Below, in pieces: positions 47,979 to 57,129 of a DNA stretch of 64,000 nucleotides; within the stretch, counting starts at the first letter, position 1, and the number at the start of each line of letters is the position of its first letter. The position numbers were made by a program, and so were the translations under genes. Below the pieces are notes generated by a model that was not told where the DNA came from, did not search any database, and worked only from the letters and a program-made list of their open reading frames with translations. Origin of the DNA: Gemmatimonadota bacterium (lineage in GTDB: Bacteria > Gemmatimonadota > Gemmatimonadetes > Gemmatimonadales > Gemmatimonadaceae). The stretch is from positions 32,001 to 96,000 of the forward strand of contig JAZJZK010000027.1 of the NCBI GenBank assembly GCA_040389905.1. The letters run 5' to 3'.

Positions 47979-49214
47979 ATGACCGTCCATGTCACTTCGG
48001 AGATCGGGCGCCTCCGGTCCGTCATTGTACACACGCCAGGCGCAGAGCTTCTCGGCGTCACCCCGGCCACGCGCGAGGCCTATCTGTACGACGACCTTCC
48101 GGACGCCGAGCAGGCGCGGAAGGAGCACCGCCGGTTCAGCGCGGTGCTCGAGCGATTCTGCCAGGTGCTCGAGGTGCGCGATCTTCTGGCCGACGTCCTG
48201 GAGAACGCGGAGACGCGCGAGCTGTTGGTGCGCGAGACGATGAACATCGTCCCCAGCGAGCCACTCGCTCGCGAGATTAGCGCGCTCCCGGCACCGGAGC
48301 TCGTCACGATGCTCATCGAGGGGCGCGTGGAAACCCCGGGGCCATTGGCTCGCACCCTCAACGAGTTCGGCTTCGAGCTTCCACCGTTGCCCAACCTCTT
48401 CTTCACCCGCGACTCGGCCATGAGTGTGGGACGGCACGTGCTGGTTGGCTCCATGCGGTATGGCATCCGCTGGCCCGAAGAGCTGATCATGAAGGCGCTG
48501 TTCCGCTATCACCCGCTGCTGCGGAACGAGGGGATTCTCTACGACGGATCCACCGAACGCCGGCTCAACTACACGCTCGAGGGCGGCGACGTTCATCCGC
48601 TGCGCGAGGACCTCGTCGTCATCGGCTTCAGCGAGCGTTCGAGCCCAGGGGCAATCGACCACCTCGTGTCGCTACTCTTTGCGAACACGCGCGTTACGGA
48701 CATCATCATCGTCGTGATGCCGAAGGAGAACACGGCCATTCACCTCGACATGATCTTCACGCAGGTCGACCGCGATCTGTGCGTGTGTTTCGCTCCGCAC
48801 TTCCGAGGTCCGGAACGACTGAGCGTGTTGCATTGGAAGAAGGGAGACGAAACCCTCCACGAGTGTGCCGACATCTTCGCCGCGTTGCGCGATTGCGGGA
48901 TGCCGATGACGCCGATCTTCGCAGGCGGCGAGCGACGCATTGTTCAGGAGCGGGAGCAGTGGGCCTCCGGGTGCAATTTCGTCGCATTGCAGCCTGGTGT
49001 CGTGTTGTCCTACGCTCGCAACGTCGGCACCTTGCGCGAGATGGAGCGGGCGGGATTCACAGTGGTCTCGGGCGTCAACTATCTCACGGGAGACACGCGT
49101 CTCGCCGATGGCGAACGGGCGGTGATCACGTTCGATGGCGCCGAGTTGGTGCGTGGCGGCGGCGGGCCACGGTGCATGACGTGTCCCGTGGAGCGCGACG
49201 ACCCGTGGAGCTGA
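47979..49214 (+). CDS. arcA: Arginine deiminase
   Basis: 'SEIGRL', 'LPNLFFTRD', 'EGGDV', 'HLD', 'RGGGGPRCMTCP'. Confidence 0.92.
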   Translation: MTVHVTSEIGRLRSVIVHTPGAELLGVTPATREAYLYDDLPDAEQARKEHRRFSAVLERFCQVLEVRDLLADVLENAETRELLVRETMNIVPSEPLAREISALPAPELVTMLIEGRVETPGPLARTLNEFGFELPPLPNLFFTRDSAMSVGRHVLVGSMRYGIRWPEELIMKALFRYHPLLRNEGILYDGSTERRLNYTLEGGDVHPLREDLVVIGFSERSSPGAIDHLVSLLFANTRVTDIIIVVMPKENTAIHLDMIFTQVDRDLCVCFAPHFRGPERLSVLHWKKGDETLHECADIFAALRDCGMPMTPIFAGGERRIVQEREQWASGCNFVALQPGVVLSYARNVGTLREMERAGFTVVSGVNYLTGDTRLADGERAVITFDGAELVRGGGGPRCMTCPVERDDPWS

Positions 49215-50170
49215 TTCCCGTCGATCCGGTGTCGGGAATGCGCGTGGCCGCGGATCAACCCGCGGGCGTCGGAACGCATGCGGGATCGAGTCTGCTGGTC
49301 GATCGTGCGGCGGACTTTCTGAAGGCAGGCCCCGCGTCGTCGCAAGTATTGGTAGCGTCCGTCTGTCAACTGTCGGCACTTCCTGCCGCGATCGCGGAAC
49401 ATATGGCGGTAACGCTGCTGCGCGACCAGCCTCGATTTCATCGCACGGGTGATGGCGGTTGGCGTCTGGGCGAACCCGCGCCGCCGGTGTGGCCTGGTCG
49501 CGGCGTCTCGGATGAACCACTGCTGACGGAGCTGTCATTTGCGGTCGTCGATACTGAGACGACTGGCGGGACATCCTACATCAACGACCGGATCACCGAG
49601 ATCGCGGTGGTCATCGTGCGCAACGGTGCGATTCAGAGCGTGTACGAAACGCTGGTCAATCCAGAACGGGCGATCTCGCCCTTCGTGTCACGCTTGACCA
49701 ACATCACCTGGAACATGGTGAGCGACAAGAAGCCCTTTCGCGGGATCTGCGACGACGTGCTCGCTGCCCTCGAGGGACACATTTTCGTTGCGCATAACGC
49801 GGCGTTCGACTGGCGCTTCATAAGTGCCGAGTTGACGAGGACGAATGGCCGGGTGTTGACCGGTCGTCGTCTGTGCACGGTGCGACTCGCGAAGCGCTTG
49901 CTTCCGCAGCTTCGGAAAGTGTCGCTCGATTGGGTGGCGGGATTCTATGGCGTGGAAATTCCGCACGGGCGCCGGCATCGCGCCGGTGGCGACGCGATTG
50001 CCACGGCCGAGTGTCTCATCCGAATGCTCAAGGATGCGCGCGGCCACGGGTGCGAGCGCTGGTCGGACCTGGAACGGTTTCTTTCGACCGGCAGCGCGTC
50101 GCGGAAGAAGAAACGACGGCGGCGGCCGCTCGCGATGCCGCAGCCGGTCAGCAAGGACACGACGGCGTAG
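49205..50170 (+). CDS. DEDDh 3'-5' exonuclease (DnaQ/PolC-like); start uncertain (GTG 49205 or ATG 49238)
   Basis: 'VVDTETTG', 'VAHNAAFD', 'HRAGGDA'. Confidence 0.85.
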   Translation: MELIPVDPVSGMRVAADQPAGVGTHAGSSLLVDRAADFLKAGPASSQVLVASVCQLSALPAAIAEHMAVTLLRDQPRFHRTGDGGWRLGEPAPPVWPGRGVSDEPLLTELSFAVVDTETTGGTSYINDRITEIAVVIVRNGAIQSVYETLVNPERAISPFVSRLTNITWNMVSDKKPFRGICDDVLAALEGHIFVAHNAAFDWRFISAELTRTNGRVLTGRRLCTVRLAKRLLPQLRKVSLDWVAGFYGVEIPHGRRHRAGGDAIATAECLIRMLKDARGHGCERWSDLERFLSTGSASRKKKRRRRPLAMPQPVSKDTTA

Positions 50171-50195
50171 CGAGGAGTAACGGAACTGCTTTTGA

Positions 50196-50265
50196 ACCAC
50201 GGAGGACACAGAGAACACAGAGGACTGCATGTGCAGTTCTCCGTGACCTCTGTGTCCGCTATGGT
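50196..50265. repeat. Imperfect palindrome of (CAC[A/G]GAG)n type
   Basis: ACCACGGAGGACACAGAGAACACAGAG ... CTCCGTGACCTCTGTGTCCGCTATGGT. Confidence 0.7.
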
Positions 50266-50287
50266 AAATTCATGTTGTCGTTGCGTA

Positions 50288-50332
50288 GTTCCGCGCGTTT
50301 TGTCGCCCTGCGCCGCGCGAAGGGCCCGCACC
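50288..50332. repeat. Single-arm third copy of the 14708/41856 repeat family
   Basis: GTTCCGCGCGTTTTGTCGCCCTGCGCCGCGCGAAGGGCCCGCACC. Confidence 0.8.
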
Positions 50333-50345
50333 TCACGAGGTTCTG

Positions 50346-51230
50346 TTGCCCCTACTTCCACTCGTCCAGACTCGAACTGTCGGCGAGCTCCGCGTCCACG
50401 CATTGCAGGCGGGACTCCAGCGCCTGGACGGCGGCGCGATGTTCGGCGTCGTACCGAAATCGCTCTGGGAGCGAAAGATCCCTGCCGACGAGCGAAATCG
50501 AATTCCACTCGGCATGCGGTGTCTGCTCGTCGAGCATCCCGATGCGCTCGTGCTGATCGACACCGGTCTCGGGAACAAGGAGACCGGAAAGTTCGCGCAG
50601 ATCTACGGCGTCGAGAACGAGCCCGTCGGCGGTGTGGGCCCGACGCAACTCGAGAGCGCGCTCGCCGAAGCGGGGTTTTCGCCGAACGATGTCACAATTG
50701 TGATCGATAGTCATCTGCATTTCGACCACGCCGGCGGGAACACGACGCGCGATGAGGCGGGCGCCATCGTTCCGTCCTTTCCGAACGCCCGGTACGTGGT
50801 GAGCCGCGGGGAGTGGGAGTGGGCGCATCACACGAACGAGCGCACCTCGGCGAGTTATTTCCCGCACAACTTCGATCCCATCGAGACAGCAGGCCTCCTC
50901 GAGCTTGTGGACAACGAGCACCATGTCCTTCCGGGCATCGAGCTGCGCCACACGCCGGGCCATACGCCGCACCACCTGGGGATTCTGATCACGTCAGGAT
51001 CCGAGCGGATGTTCTACGCGGCGGATATGGCTCCGACGACAGCCCACGTGCCGCTTCCCTGGATCATGGGGTACGACGTCGAGCCGCTTCGCACGTTGGA
51101 GTCGAAGCGCCGGATTTGGGCGGAGGCGGCGGATGAGGGGTGGACGGTGGTGTTCGAGCATGACTCGGTGAACGCATGGGCGCGGATCCATCGCGAGGGG
51201 AAGGGATACGTGTGCGAGCTGCAGCCGTAG
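50346..51230 (+). CDS. MBL-fold metallohydrolase (YtnP-like)
   Basis: 'LDGGAMFGVVPK.LW', 'SHLHFDHAGG', 'PGHT', 'MGYD', 'FEHD'. Confidence 0.9.
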   Translation: MPLLPLVQTRTVGELRVHALQAGLQRLDGGAMFGVVPKSLWERKIPADERNRIPLGMRCLLVEHPDALVLIDTGLGNKETGKFAQIYGVENEPVGGVGPTQLESALAEAGFSPNDVTIVIDSHLHFDHAGGNTTRDEAGAIVPSFPNARYVVSRGEWEWAHHTNERTSASYFPHNFDPIETAGLLELVDNEHHVLPGIELRHTPGHTPHHLGILITSGSERMFYAADMAPTTAHVPLPWIMGYDVEPLRTLESKRRIWAEAADEGWTVVFEHDSVNAWARIHREGKGYVCELQP

Positions 51231-51304
51231 GCGTCAGAACGGCTGAGCCATCAGCTCGAGCTCTCAGCTCGTGTCTGCTCATTGCTCGAGGCTCACGCTC
51301 AGTC

Positions 51305-51332
51305 TTGACTTCCCCCCGAAATCGCCTAAGTT
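51305..51332 (+). promoter_or_regulatory. Sigma70-type promoter of infC-rpmI-rplT
   Basis: TTGACT-N16-TAAGTT. Confidence 0.55.
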
Positions 51333-51467
51333 CCGCTGTGACAACCAGCTAAGCGATTTCTCCATGTGGGGAAATCCACCCTCTGGCCCTCGCGCGAGCG
51401 AGGCGTGCTACAGGAGTCAGTGATTCGCTCGGGCCCCCAGCCTGTTTGGTGGGCGTCGCGCGCTTTT

Positions 51468-51504
51468 TGCGGACTCTTCTCCAGAAGGTCCGCATTTTTG
51501 TTTT
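51468..51504 (+). terminator. Intrinsic-terminator-like hairpin in the infC leader (attenuator candidate)
   Basis: TGCGGAC-TCTTCTCCAGAAG-GTCCGCA followed by TTTTTGTTTT. Confidence 0.65.
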
Positions 51505-51525
51505 CTCTCTCCGAGGTATCCGAGT

Positions 51526-52041
51526 ATTCAGGACACCACCAAGCGTGTGCGGGTCAATCGCATGATTCGCATCAGCCCGGTCCGCGTGATCGGCGCCGAC
51601 GGTTCGCAACTCGGAATCCTCGAGGTGGACACGGCGCTCCGAATGGCGGAAGAAGCCGGGTTGGATCTCGTCGAAGTTGCCGCAACGGCTCGCCCCCCGG
51701 TCGTCCGCATCATGGACTACGGGAAATACAAGTTCGAAATGGCGAAGCAGGCGCGGGTCGCGAAGAAAAAGCAACACGTCATCGAGCTCAAGGAAGTGAA
51801 GTACCGCCCCGGCATCGATGACCACGATTTCGACACGAAGACACGGCACGCGCGCAGGTTCCTCGAGGAGAAGAACAAGGTCAAGGTCACGATGATGTTC
51901 CGTGGCCGGCAGGTCGCCCATCCCGAGCTCGGTCAGGCCGTGCTCGATCGGGTCAGCAGTGCACTCGCCGATATCGGCAAGATCGAAAGCGCCGGACGGC
52001 TGGAAGGGAAGTCCATGACGATGATTCTCACGCCCAAATAA
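51526..52041 (+). CDS. infC: Translation initiation factor IF-3, ATT start
   Basis: 'LDLVEV', 'MDYGKYKFE', 'FRGRQ'; in-frame ATT at 51526, 8 nt after a GAGGT Shine-Dalgarno. Confidence 0.95.
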   Translation: MQDTTKRVRVNRMIRISPVRVIGADGSQLGILEVDTALRMAEEAGLDLVEVAATARPPVVRIMDYGKYKFEMAKQARVAKKKQHVIELKEVKYRPGIDDHDFDTKTRHARRFLEEKNKVKVTMMFRGRQVAHPELGQAVLDRVSSALADIGKIESAGRLEGKSMTMILTPK

Positions 52042-52053
52042 AGGGTTCGTGCT

Positions 52054-52254
52054 ATGCCGAAAATGAAGACGCACAAGGGCGCTGCAAAGCGCTTCAGGGT
52101 AACCGGTTCGGGAAAGGTCAAGCGCTACAAGGCGTTCAAGAGCCACATCCTTACCAAGAAGACCTCCAAGCGGAAGCGGAATCTGCGCCAGGCTGGATTG
52201 ATCGCCACGAACGGCGAACAGAAGCGAATCAAGCGCCTGATTCAGGCCGCGTAA
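52054..52254 (+). CDS. rpmI: 50S ribosomal protein L35
   Basis: '[14 protein letters not shown]', 'HILTKK'. Confidence 0.97.
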   Translation: MPKMKTHKGAAKRFRVTGSGKVKRYKAFKSHILTKKTSKRKRNLRQAGLIATNGEQKRIKRLIQAA

Positions 52255-52268
52255 CAGGAGCTTAGACT

Positions 52269-52634
52269 ATGCCACGCGCAGTATCCAACGTCCCGCGCCT
52301 CAAGCGGAAGAAGCAAATCCTCAAGCACGCCCGCGGCGCCTTTGGCGGACGCTCCAAGCTGTGGAAGGCAGCCAAGGAAACCGTCGAGCGCGGCTGGGTG
52401 TACGCCTATCGGGATCGCAAGAACAAGAAGCGCGATTTCCGGAAGCTCTGGATCGTCCGCATCAACGCGGCCGCACGCCAGAACGACATGTCGTACTCGG
52501 TGTTCATGAACGGCCTCAAGCTCTCGGGCATCGAGATCGACCGGAAGATCCTGGCCGACATCGCCGTCCGCGACCCACAGGCGTTTGCAGCGATCGCCGA
52601 TGCGGCGCGCGCCGCGCTGAACGCTGCCGCGTAG
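52269..52634 (+). CDS. rplT: 50S ribosomal protein L20
   Basis: '[22 protein letters not shown]', 'DRKILAD.A'. Confidence 0.97.
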   Translation: MPRAVSNVPRLKRKKQILKHARGAFGGRSKLWKAAKETVERGWVYAYRDRKNKKRDFRKLWIVRINAAARQNDMSYSVFMNGLKLSGIEIDRKILADIAVRDPQAFAAIADAARAALNAAA

Positions 52635-52652
52635 GTAATCCTTCGCAGGCAC

Positions 52653-52690
52653 TCGGCGGCGGCGCGACCCTTCGGTCACGCCGCCGCCGA
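52653..52690 (+). terminator. Strong GC hairpin after rplT (terminator or mRNA stabiliser; weak U tract)
   Basis: TCGGCGGCGGCG-CGACCCTTCGGTCA-CGCCGCCGCCGA. Confidence 0.5.
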
Positions 52691-52796
52691 ATCGTTTCAG
52701 GCTGCCCCACCGTCGGGGATCGCCGCGGGTGGGGTCAGAGTTGTTGAAAAATGGTACGGGATCCTGCGGGGCTTTGACCATCATCAGCGCGAGAAC

Positions 52797-53825
52797 ATGA
52801 CGATCGACGAATACAAGACACGAGCAGAAGTACACAAGGCCGAGGCGAGCGCGCAAATACTCGCGGCGGAGACGACGAACGCGCTCGAGGAAGCGCGCAC
52901 CGCAGTCTGGTCGCGCACGGTGCAGCAGTCGTTCAGCAAGGCACTCGGCGAGCTTCCCGCGGAGGACCGCCGCGAGGCAGGTCGTGTGTTCAATGAGCTG
53001 AAAGAACATGTCGACGGGGTGCTCGCGGCTCAGCAGGCGACCATCGACGCATCGAGCCGAGCGACGGCAGGGCCGCCGTTCGACCTCACCATGCCCGCGC
53101 GTCAGCGCTGGCAGGGCGCGAAGCATCCCGTCACGCTCGTCATCGACGAGATCGTCGCCATCTTCCGCGAACTCGGCTTCACCGTCGCACTTGGTCCGGA
53201 AAGCGAATCGGAGTGGTATAACTTCGGAGCGCTGAATTTCCCGGCCGACCACCCGGCGATGGACATGCACGACACCTTCTACCTCGGCGAGGCGGCGCTG
53301 TTGCGCACGCATACCTCGCCGGTGCAGATCCGCACGCTCCAGAGCTACGCGCCGCCCATTCGCATTCTCGCGCCAGGCACGGTGTATCGTCGCGATCCAT
53401 TCGACGCGTCGCACGCGCCGGCATTCCCACAGTTGGAAGGGCTTGCAGTTGACGAAGGCATCTCCTTCGTCGACCTCAAGGCGACGCTGATGCATTTCGC
53501 CGAGAAGTTCTTCGGCAAGACGCGCACGCGCTTTCGGCCGAGCTACTTCCCGTTCACGGAGCCGTCCGCGGAGATGGACGTGGAATGCGTGCTCTGCGCT
53601 GGCGCCGGCTGCTCCGCGTGCAAGGGCACCGGATGGATGGAAATCCTTGGATCGGGCATGGTGCATCCGTCCGTGCTCGAAGCCACCGGGATCGACAGCG
53701 AGCGATACACCGGCTGGGCCTTCGGCATGGGACCCGGCCGCATGGCCATGCTGCGGTATGGCATTCCGGACATTCGTCTGCTGTACGATTCCGACGTTCG
53801 CTTTCTCGCGCAGGTGGCAGAATGA
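52797..53825 (+). CDS. pheS: Phenylalanine-tRNA ligase alpha subunit
   Basis: 'HPAMDMHDTFY', 'LRTHTSPVQIR', 'YFPFTEPS', 'GWAFGMG'. Confidence 0.96.
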   Translation: MTIDEYKTRAEVHKAEASAQILAAETTNALEEARTAVWSRTVQQSFSKALGELPAEDRREAGRVFNELKEHVDGVLAAQQATIDASSRATAGPPFDLTMPARQRWQGAKHPVTLVIDEIVAIFRELGFTVALGPESESEWYNFGALNFPADHPAMDMHDTFYLGEAALLRTHTSPVQIRTLQSYAPPIRILAPGTVYRRDPFDASHAPAFPQLEGLAVDEGISFVDLKATLMHFAEKFFGKTRTRFRPSYFPFTEPSAEMDVECVLCAGAGCSACKGTGWMEILGSGMVHPSVLEATGIDSERYTGWAFGMGPGRMAMLRYGIPDIRLLYDSDVRFLAQVAE

Positions 53826-56272
53826 ATACGTCCGTCGCATGGCTCAATGCGTTCCTCGATTCGCCGAAAACGGCGGTCGAGTTGCGCGACCTGCTCACCG
53901 CGCACACCGCGACGGTCGAGGAGTTGATTGCGCTGCGCGCCGATCTGGCCTCGATCGTCGTCGCGAAGGTCATTACCGAAGCGCCGCATCCGGACTCCGA
54001 TCACCTCCACATCACCAAGGTGGACGACGGCAGCGGTGAGTTGCTCGACGTGGTGTGCGGCGCACCGAACGTGACGGCAGGGAAGTTCTATCCCTTCGCG
54101 CGAACGGGAACGACGCTTCCGGGTGGGCTCACGCTCACGAAGAGAAAGATCCGCGGCCAGACGTCGAACGGCATGTTGTGCTCAGCGCGCGAGCTCGAAC
54201 TCGGCGACGAACATGATGGCATCATGGAACTCGATGTCGATGTCGCGCCAGGCACGCCGTTCCTCGAAGCGGTTTCAGTCGGCGACACGCGGCTTATCGT
54301 CGACGTGCTGCCGAATCGGCCGGACCTGCTGTCGCACCTGGGCGTCGCGCGCGAAATCAGTGCGCTCACGGGCGCGTCGCTTTCGCTGCCCGACATCGGC
54401 GCGACGAACGTCGTCATCCCAGAGGCCAAGCGCTTCCGTCGCGCTGGCAACGCGGGCGGCATCGTGCTGCATCTCGAAGATGCGAAACTCGCGACGCGCT
54501 TCATGGGCATTGTCATCCGCGGCGTGAAAGTTGGTCCGAGTCCGGCATGGCTCGTCGAACGGCTGATCGCCGTCGGCTCGCGCTCGATCAACAACGTGGT
54601 CGATGCCACGAACTACGTGCTGCACGAGCTCGGTCAGCCAACACACGCCTATGATTTCGCGAAGATCGACCCCGAGCCGAAGATGCCGGAGAAGACGATC
54701 GTCGTGCGGTCTGCCAAGAATGGTGAGACGCTCGTCACGCTCGACGGCGTGACGCGGACGCTCACGCCCGAGATGTCCGTGATCGCCGACTCGGTGAATG
54801 CCATCGGGATCGCGGGTGTCATGGGTGGACGTGACACGGAGGTGACCGAGGAAACGACCGACGTGTTCGTGGAGGCGGCAACCTTCGACGCACCGCGCAC
54901 GCGTCGCACACGTCGCGCGGCCGGTCTGTCGACGGACGCGAGCTACCGCTTCGAACGCGGGGTGGACGTCGCGCTCGCACCGCGTGCGCTCGAGCGCGTC
55001 GCGTCACTCATCGTCTCTCTCGCGGGAGGAACCGTCGTTCACGAGCCTGTTGATCTCCACGCTGGCGAAGCGAAGCGCGTTCCACTTGTGCTGCGGACTT
55101 CGCGCGTTGCCCGCGTCCTTGGCGTGGCGCTCGACGCTGCGCGGATCGCTGAGTTGCTTCGCCTGATCGGTTGCACGGCGGACGCCGAGGATGGAGGCAC
55201 GATCGTGCACGTGGTCGCCCCAACATGGAGGCGCGACCTTGTGTCCGAGGCGGACCTCATCGAGGAAATCGCGCGCTTGCACGGCTACGACGCCCTGCCG
55301 ACCGATATTCGTCCATATCGTCCGGGCACATCGAGCGATGCGCCGTTGTGGACGTTGTCGGCCAAGCTGCGCGAGCTGCTGTCAGGCGCGGGTTTCCTCG
55401 AAGCGCGCCCGATTCCCTTCGTGGCTGGCGGGGAAGGACACGTGCGCATTTCGAATCCTCTTGCCGAAAACGAAGGGCACCTTCGCCGCACCTTGCTCGA
55501 AACGCTCGCTCGGCGCGCCGAGCACAACCTCGCGCACATGCAGGGGAATGTACGGCTGTACGAGATCGGGTCGGTGTTCGCGCCTGGAGCAGAAGCACTT
55601 CCGCTCGAGACAGTGAACGTCGCACTCCTCCTCATGGGAGATCGGGATCCCGCGCATTTCACCAACGCGAAGCCTGCGCGGTTCGACGCGTGGGATGCCA
55701 AGGGACTCGCTGCAGCGGTTGCCACGGCGGCATTCGGCAACGCGATACTCGAGCCGAGCGCGGACGGTGGCGACGTGCTGTGGAATGTCGTCGTCGGTGG
55801 TCAGCGACGCGGTATCGTGACCCGCGTTGCGCTGGATGCGCCCGTCTGGGCGTCGCCGGCGTTCGGGGTGGAAATCGAGCTCAGTGCACTGTCGAACGCG
55901 GATATTGCGCCGGCGGGCGAGCACGCGCACGGCGCCGTCGCGCCAGAGCCGCCACGGGCGGTTTCGAAGTATCGCGCCCTGCCGACGACGCCGGCGTCGG
56001 TATTCGATCTCGCGCTCCTCGTCCCCGAAACGGTGATTGCCGCGGACGTCGAACGCGTGATCCGGTCGTCGGCAGGAGAATTGCTCGAACAGCTGATGGC
56101 GTTCGATGTGTATGAGGGCGCGGGGGTTGATGCCGGGCACCGATCGGTGGCGTGGCGGTTGACCTTACGGCATCCTGAGCGCACTCTACGAGATAAGGAA
56201 ATCGAAGGAAGGCGGGCGAAAATCCTCACAGCGCTCCAGAGTGAGCTGAATGTCCGACAGCGTTCGACCTGA
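53822..56272 (+). CDS. pheT: Phenylalanine-tRNA ligase beta subunit
   Basis: 'VVCGAPN', 'S.GMLCS..EL', 'PNRPDLLS', 'SYRFERG', 'DLIEEIAR..GY', 'ERTL.D.E'. Confidence 0.96.
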   Translation: MNTSVAWLNAFLDSPKTAVELRDLLTAHTATVEELIALRADLASIVVAKVITEAPHPDSDHLHITKVDDGSGELLDVVCGAPNVTAGKFYPFARTGTTLPGGLTLTKRKIRGQTSNGMLCSARELELGDEHDGIMELDVDVAPGTPFLEAVSVGDTRLIVDVLPNRPDLLSHLGVAREISALTGASLSLPDIGATNVVIPEAKRFRRAGNAGGIVLHLEDAKLATRFMGIVIRGVKVGPSPAWLVERLIAVGSRSINNVVDATNYVLHELGQPTHAYDFAKIDPEPKMPEKTIVVRSAKNGETLVTLDGVTRTLTPEMSVIADSVNAIGIAGVMGGRDTEVTEETTDVFVEAATFDAPRTRRTRRAAGLSTDASYRFERGVDVALAPRALERVASLIVSLAGGTVVHEPVDLHAGEAKRVPLVLRTSRVARVLGVALDAARIAELLRLIGCTADAEDGGTIVHVVAPTWRRDLVSEADLIEEIARLHGYDALPTDIRPYRPGTSSDAPLWTLSAKLRELLSGAGFLEARPIPFVAGGEGHVRISNPLAENEGHLRRTLLETLARRAEHNLAHMQGNVRLYEIGSVFAPGAEALPLETVNVALLLMGDRDPAHFTNAKPARFDAWDAKGLAAAVATAAFGNAILEPSADGGDVLWNVVVGGQRRGIVTRVALDAPVWASPAFGVEIELSALSNADIAPAGEHAHGAVAPEPPRAVSKYRALPTTPASVFDLALLVPETVIAADVERVIRSSAGELLEQLMAFDVYEGAGVDAGHRSVAWRLTLRHPERTLRDKEIEGRRAKILTALQSELNVRQRST

Positions 56273-56561
56273 AGTCGTCGCGTTCCGTGAGCTCGAAACG
56301 CTCGTCCGCCATCTTGGGGACGAGCTGGCGGGCTTTCGCCGTCGCGCGCTCCTCGCCGAGGCAAAGGTGCGCGAGACGGAGACGCATGGCGGCGAGCCGA
56401 TGGTGCAGCAGCAGCGCGAGCTGTCGGATCGGGTGACGGCGCTCGAGCACGAGAACGCGGCCTTGAAGGGCCGGCTCGACGCCGCCACGGCGCGTACCAA
56501 GCAGGTGCTCGACCGCGTGCGGTTCATTCGGCAGCAGTCCCAGGGCGGAGGCGACAAGTGA
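56250..56561 (+). CDS. Coiled-coil protein, ZapB-like
   Basis: Heptad-rich sequence between pheT and zapA, overlapping both. Confidence 0.6.
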   Translation: MSDSVRPEVVAFRELETLVRHLGDELAGFRRRALLAEAKVRETETHGGEPMVQQQRELSDRVTALEHENAALKGRLDAATARTKQVLDRVRFIRQQSQGGGDK

Positions 56562-56875
56562 ATCCGAAGAAAACCTCGGTCAAGGTCGAGATCCTGGGCG
56601 AGTCGTACGTCCTGCGGACGGATGCGGCGCCCGAGCACACGAAGGCCGTTGCGGAGCACCTCGACAAGGCGATTCGGCAGATCCTGTCGAGTGGAGCGGT
56701 GATCGAAGCGAACCGCGCGGCAATTCTGGCGGCACTACAGATCACATCCGAGCTGTTTCAGGCGCGCGAAGCCAACGGATCACTGGTTGGATCGATGCAG
56801 GGTCTTTCGGCGGATATTCGGCGACTGCTACCACCGGCCAAGCGGGATTCGATAGCCGCAAGTACAGTCAGCTAG
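56558..56875 (+). CDS. zapA: Cell division protein ZapA
   Basis: 'V.VEILG.SY', 'AILAALQI..EL'; conserved position after pheT. Confidence 0.88.
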   Translation: MNPKKTSVKVEILGESYVLRTDAAPEHTKAVAEHLDKAIRQILSSGAVIEANRAAILAALQITSELFQAREANGSLVGSMQGLSADIRRLLPPAKRDSIAASTVS

Positions 56876-56915
56876 CGCCTGAAGGTGCCGTTTCTGGCGG
56901 ACGTCGCGCGACGAG

Positions 56916-57050
56916 CGTGAAGAAATCGTGAAGAAGACCGTGACGAAAAGCGTGAAAAAGGCCGTGAAGAAAGGCGTGAAACGTCGTGGACGGGTTTTCA
57001 CGCCTTTATTCACGTAGTTCTTCACGGGTCATTTCACGTCGTCTTTCACG
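56916..57050. repeat. 12-nt-periodic tandem array followed by its inverted counterpart
   Basis: CGTGA at 56916, 56927, 56939, 56951, 56963, 56975; TTCACG at 56997, 57009, 57021, 57033, 57045. Confidence 0.85.
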
Positions 57051-57100
57051 CATTTGAGCCACCAAGGCTGTGTGATCCCCGGCTCCGACGAGATAGCTGC

Positions 57101-57129
57101 TTGCACCGCCCGGCCCCGCCTCATAACTT
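57101..57129 (+). promoter_or_regulatory. Sigma70-type promoter upstream of rny
   Basis: TTGCAC-N17-TAACTT. Confidence 0.5.

Noticed and set aside
51240..51303. GCTC-rich stretch after the MBL hydrolase gene
   Set aside because: The period is irregular and the stretch too short to define a repeat unit or function.
56916..57050. CRISPR array or small lysine-rich protein
   Set aside because: Units are 12 nt with no unique spacers and no cas genes; the short ORFs there simply translate the repeat.
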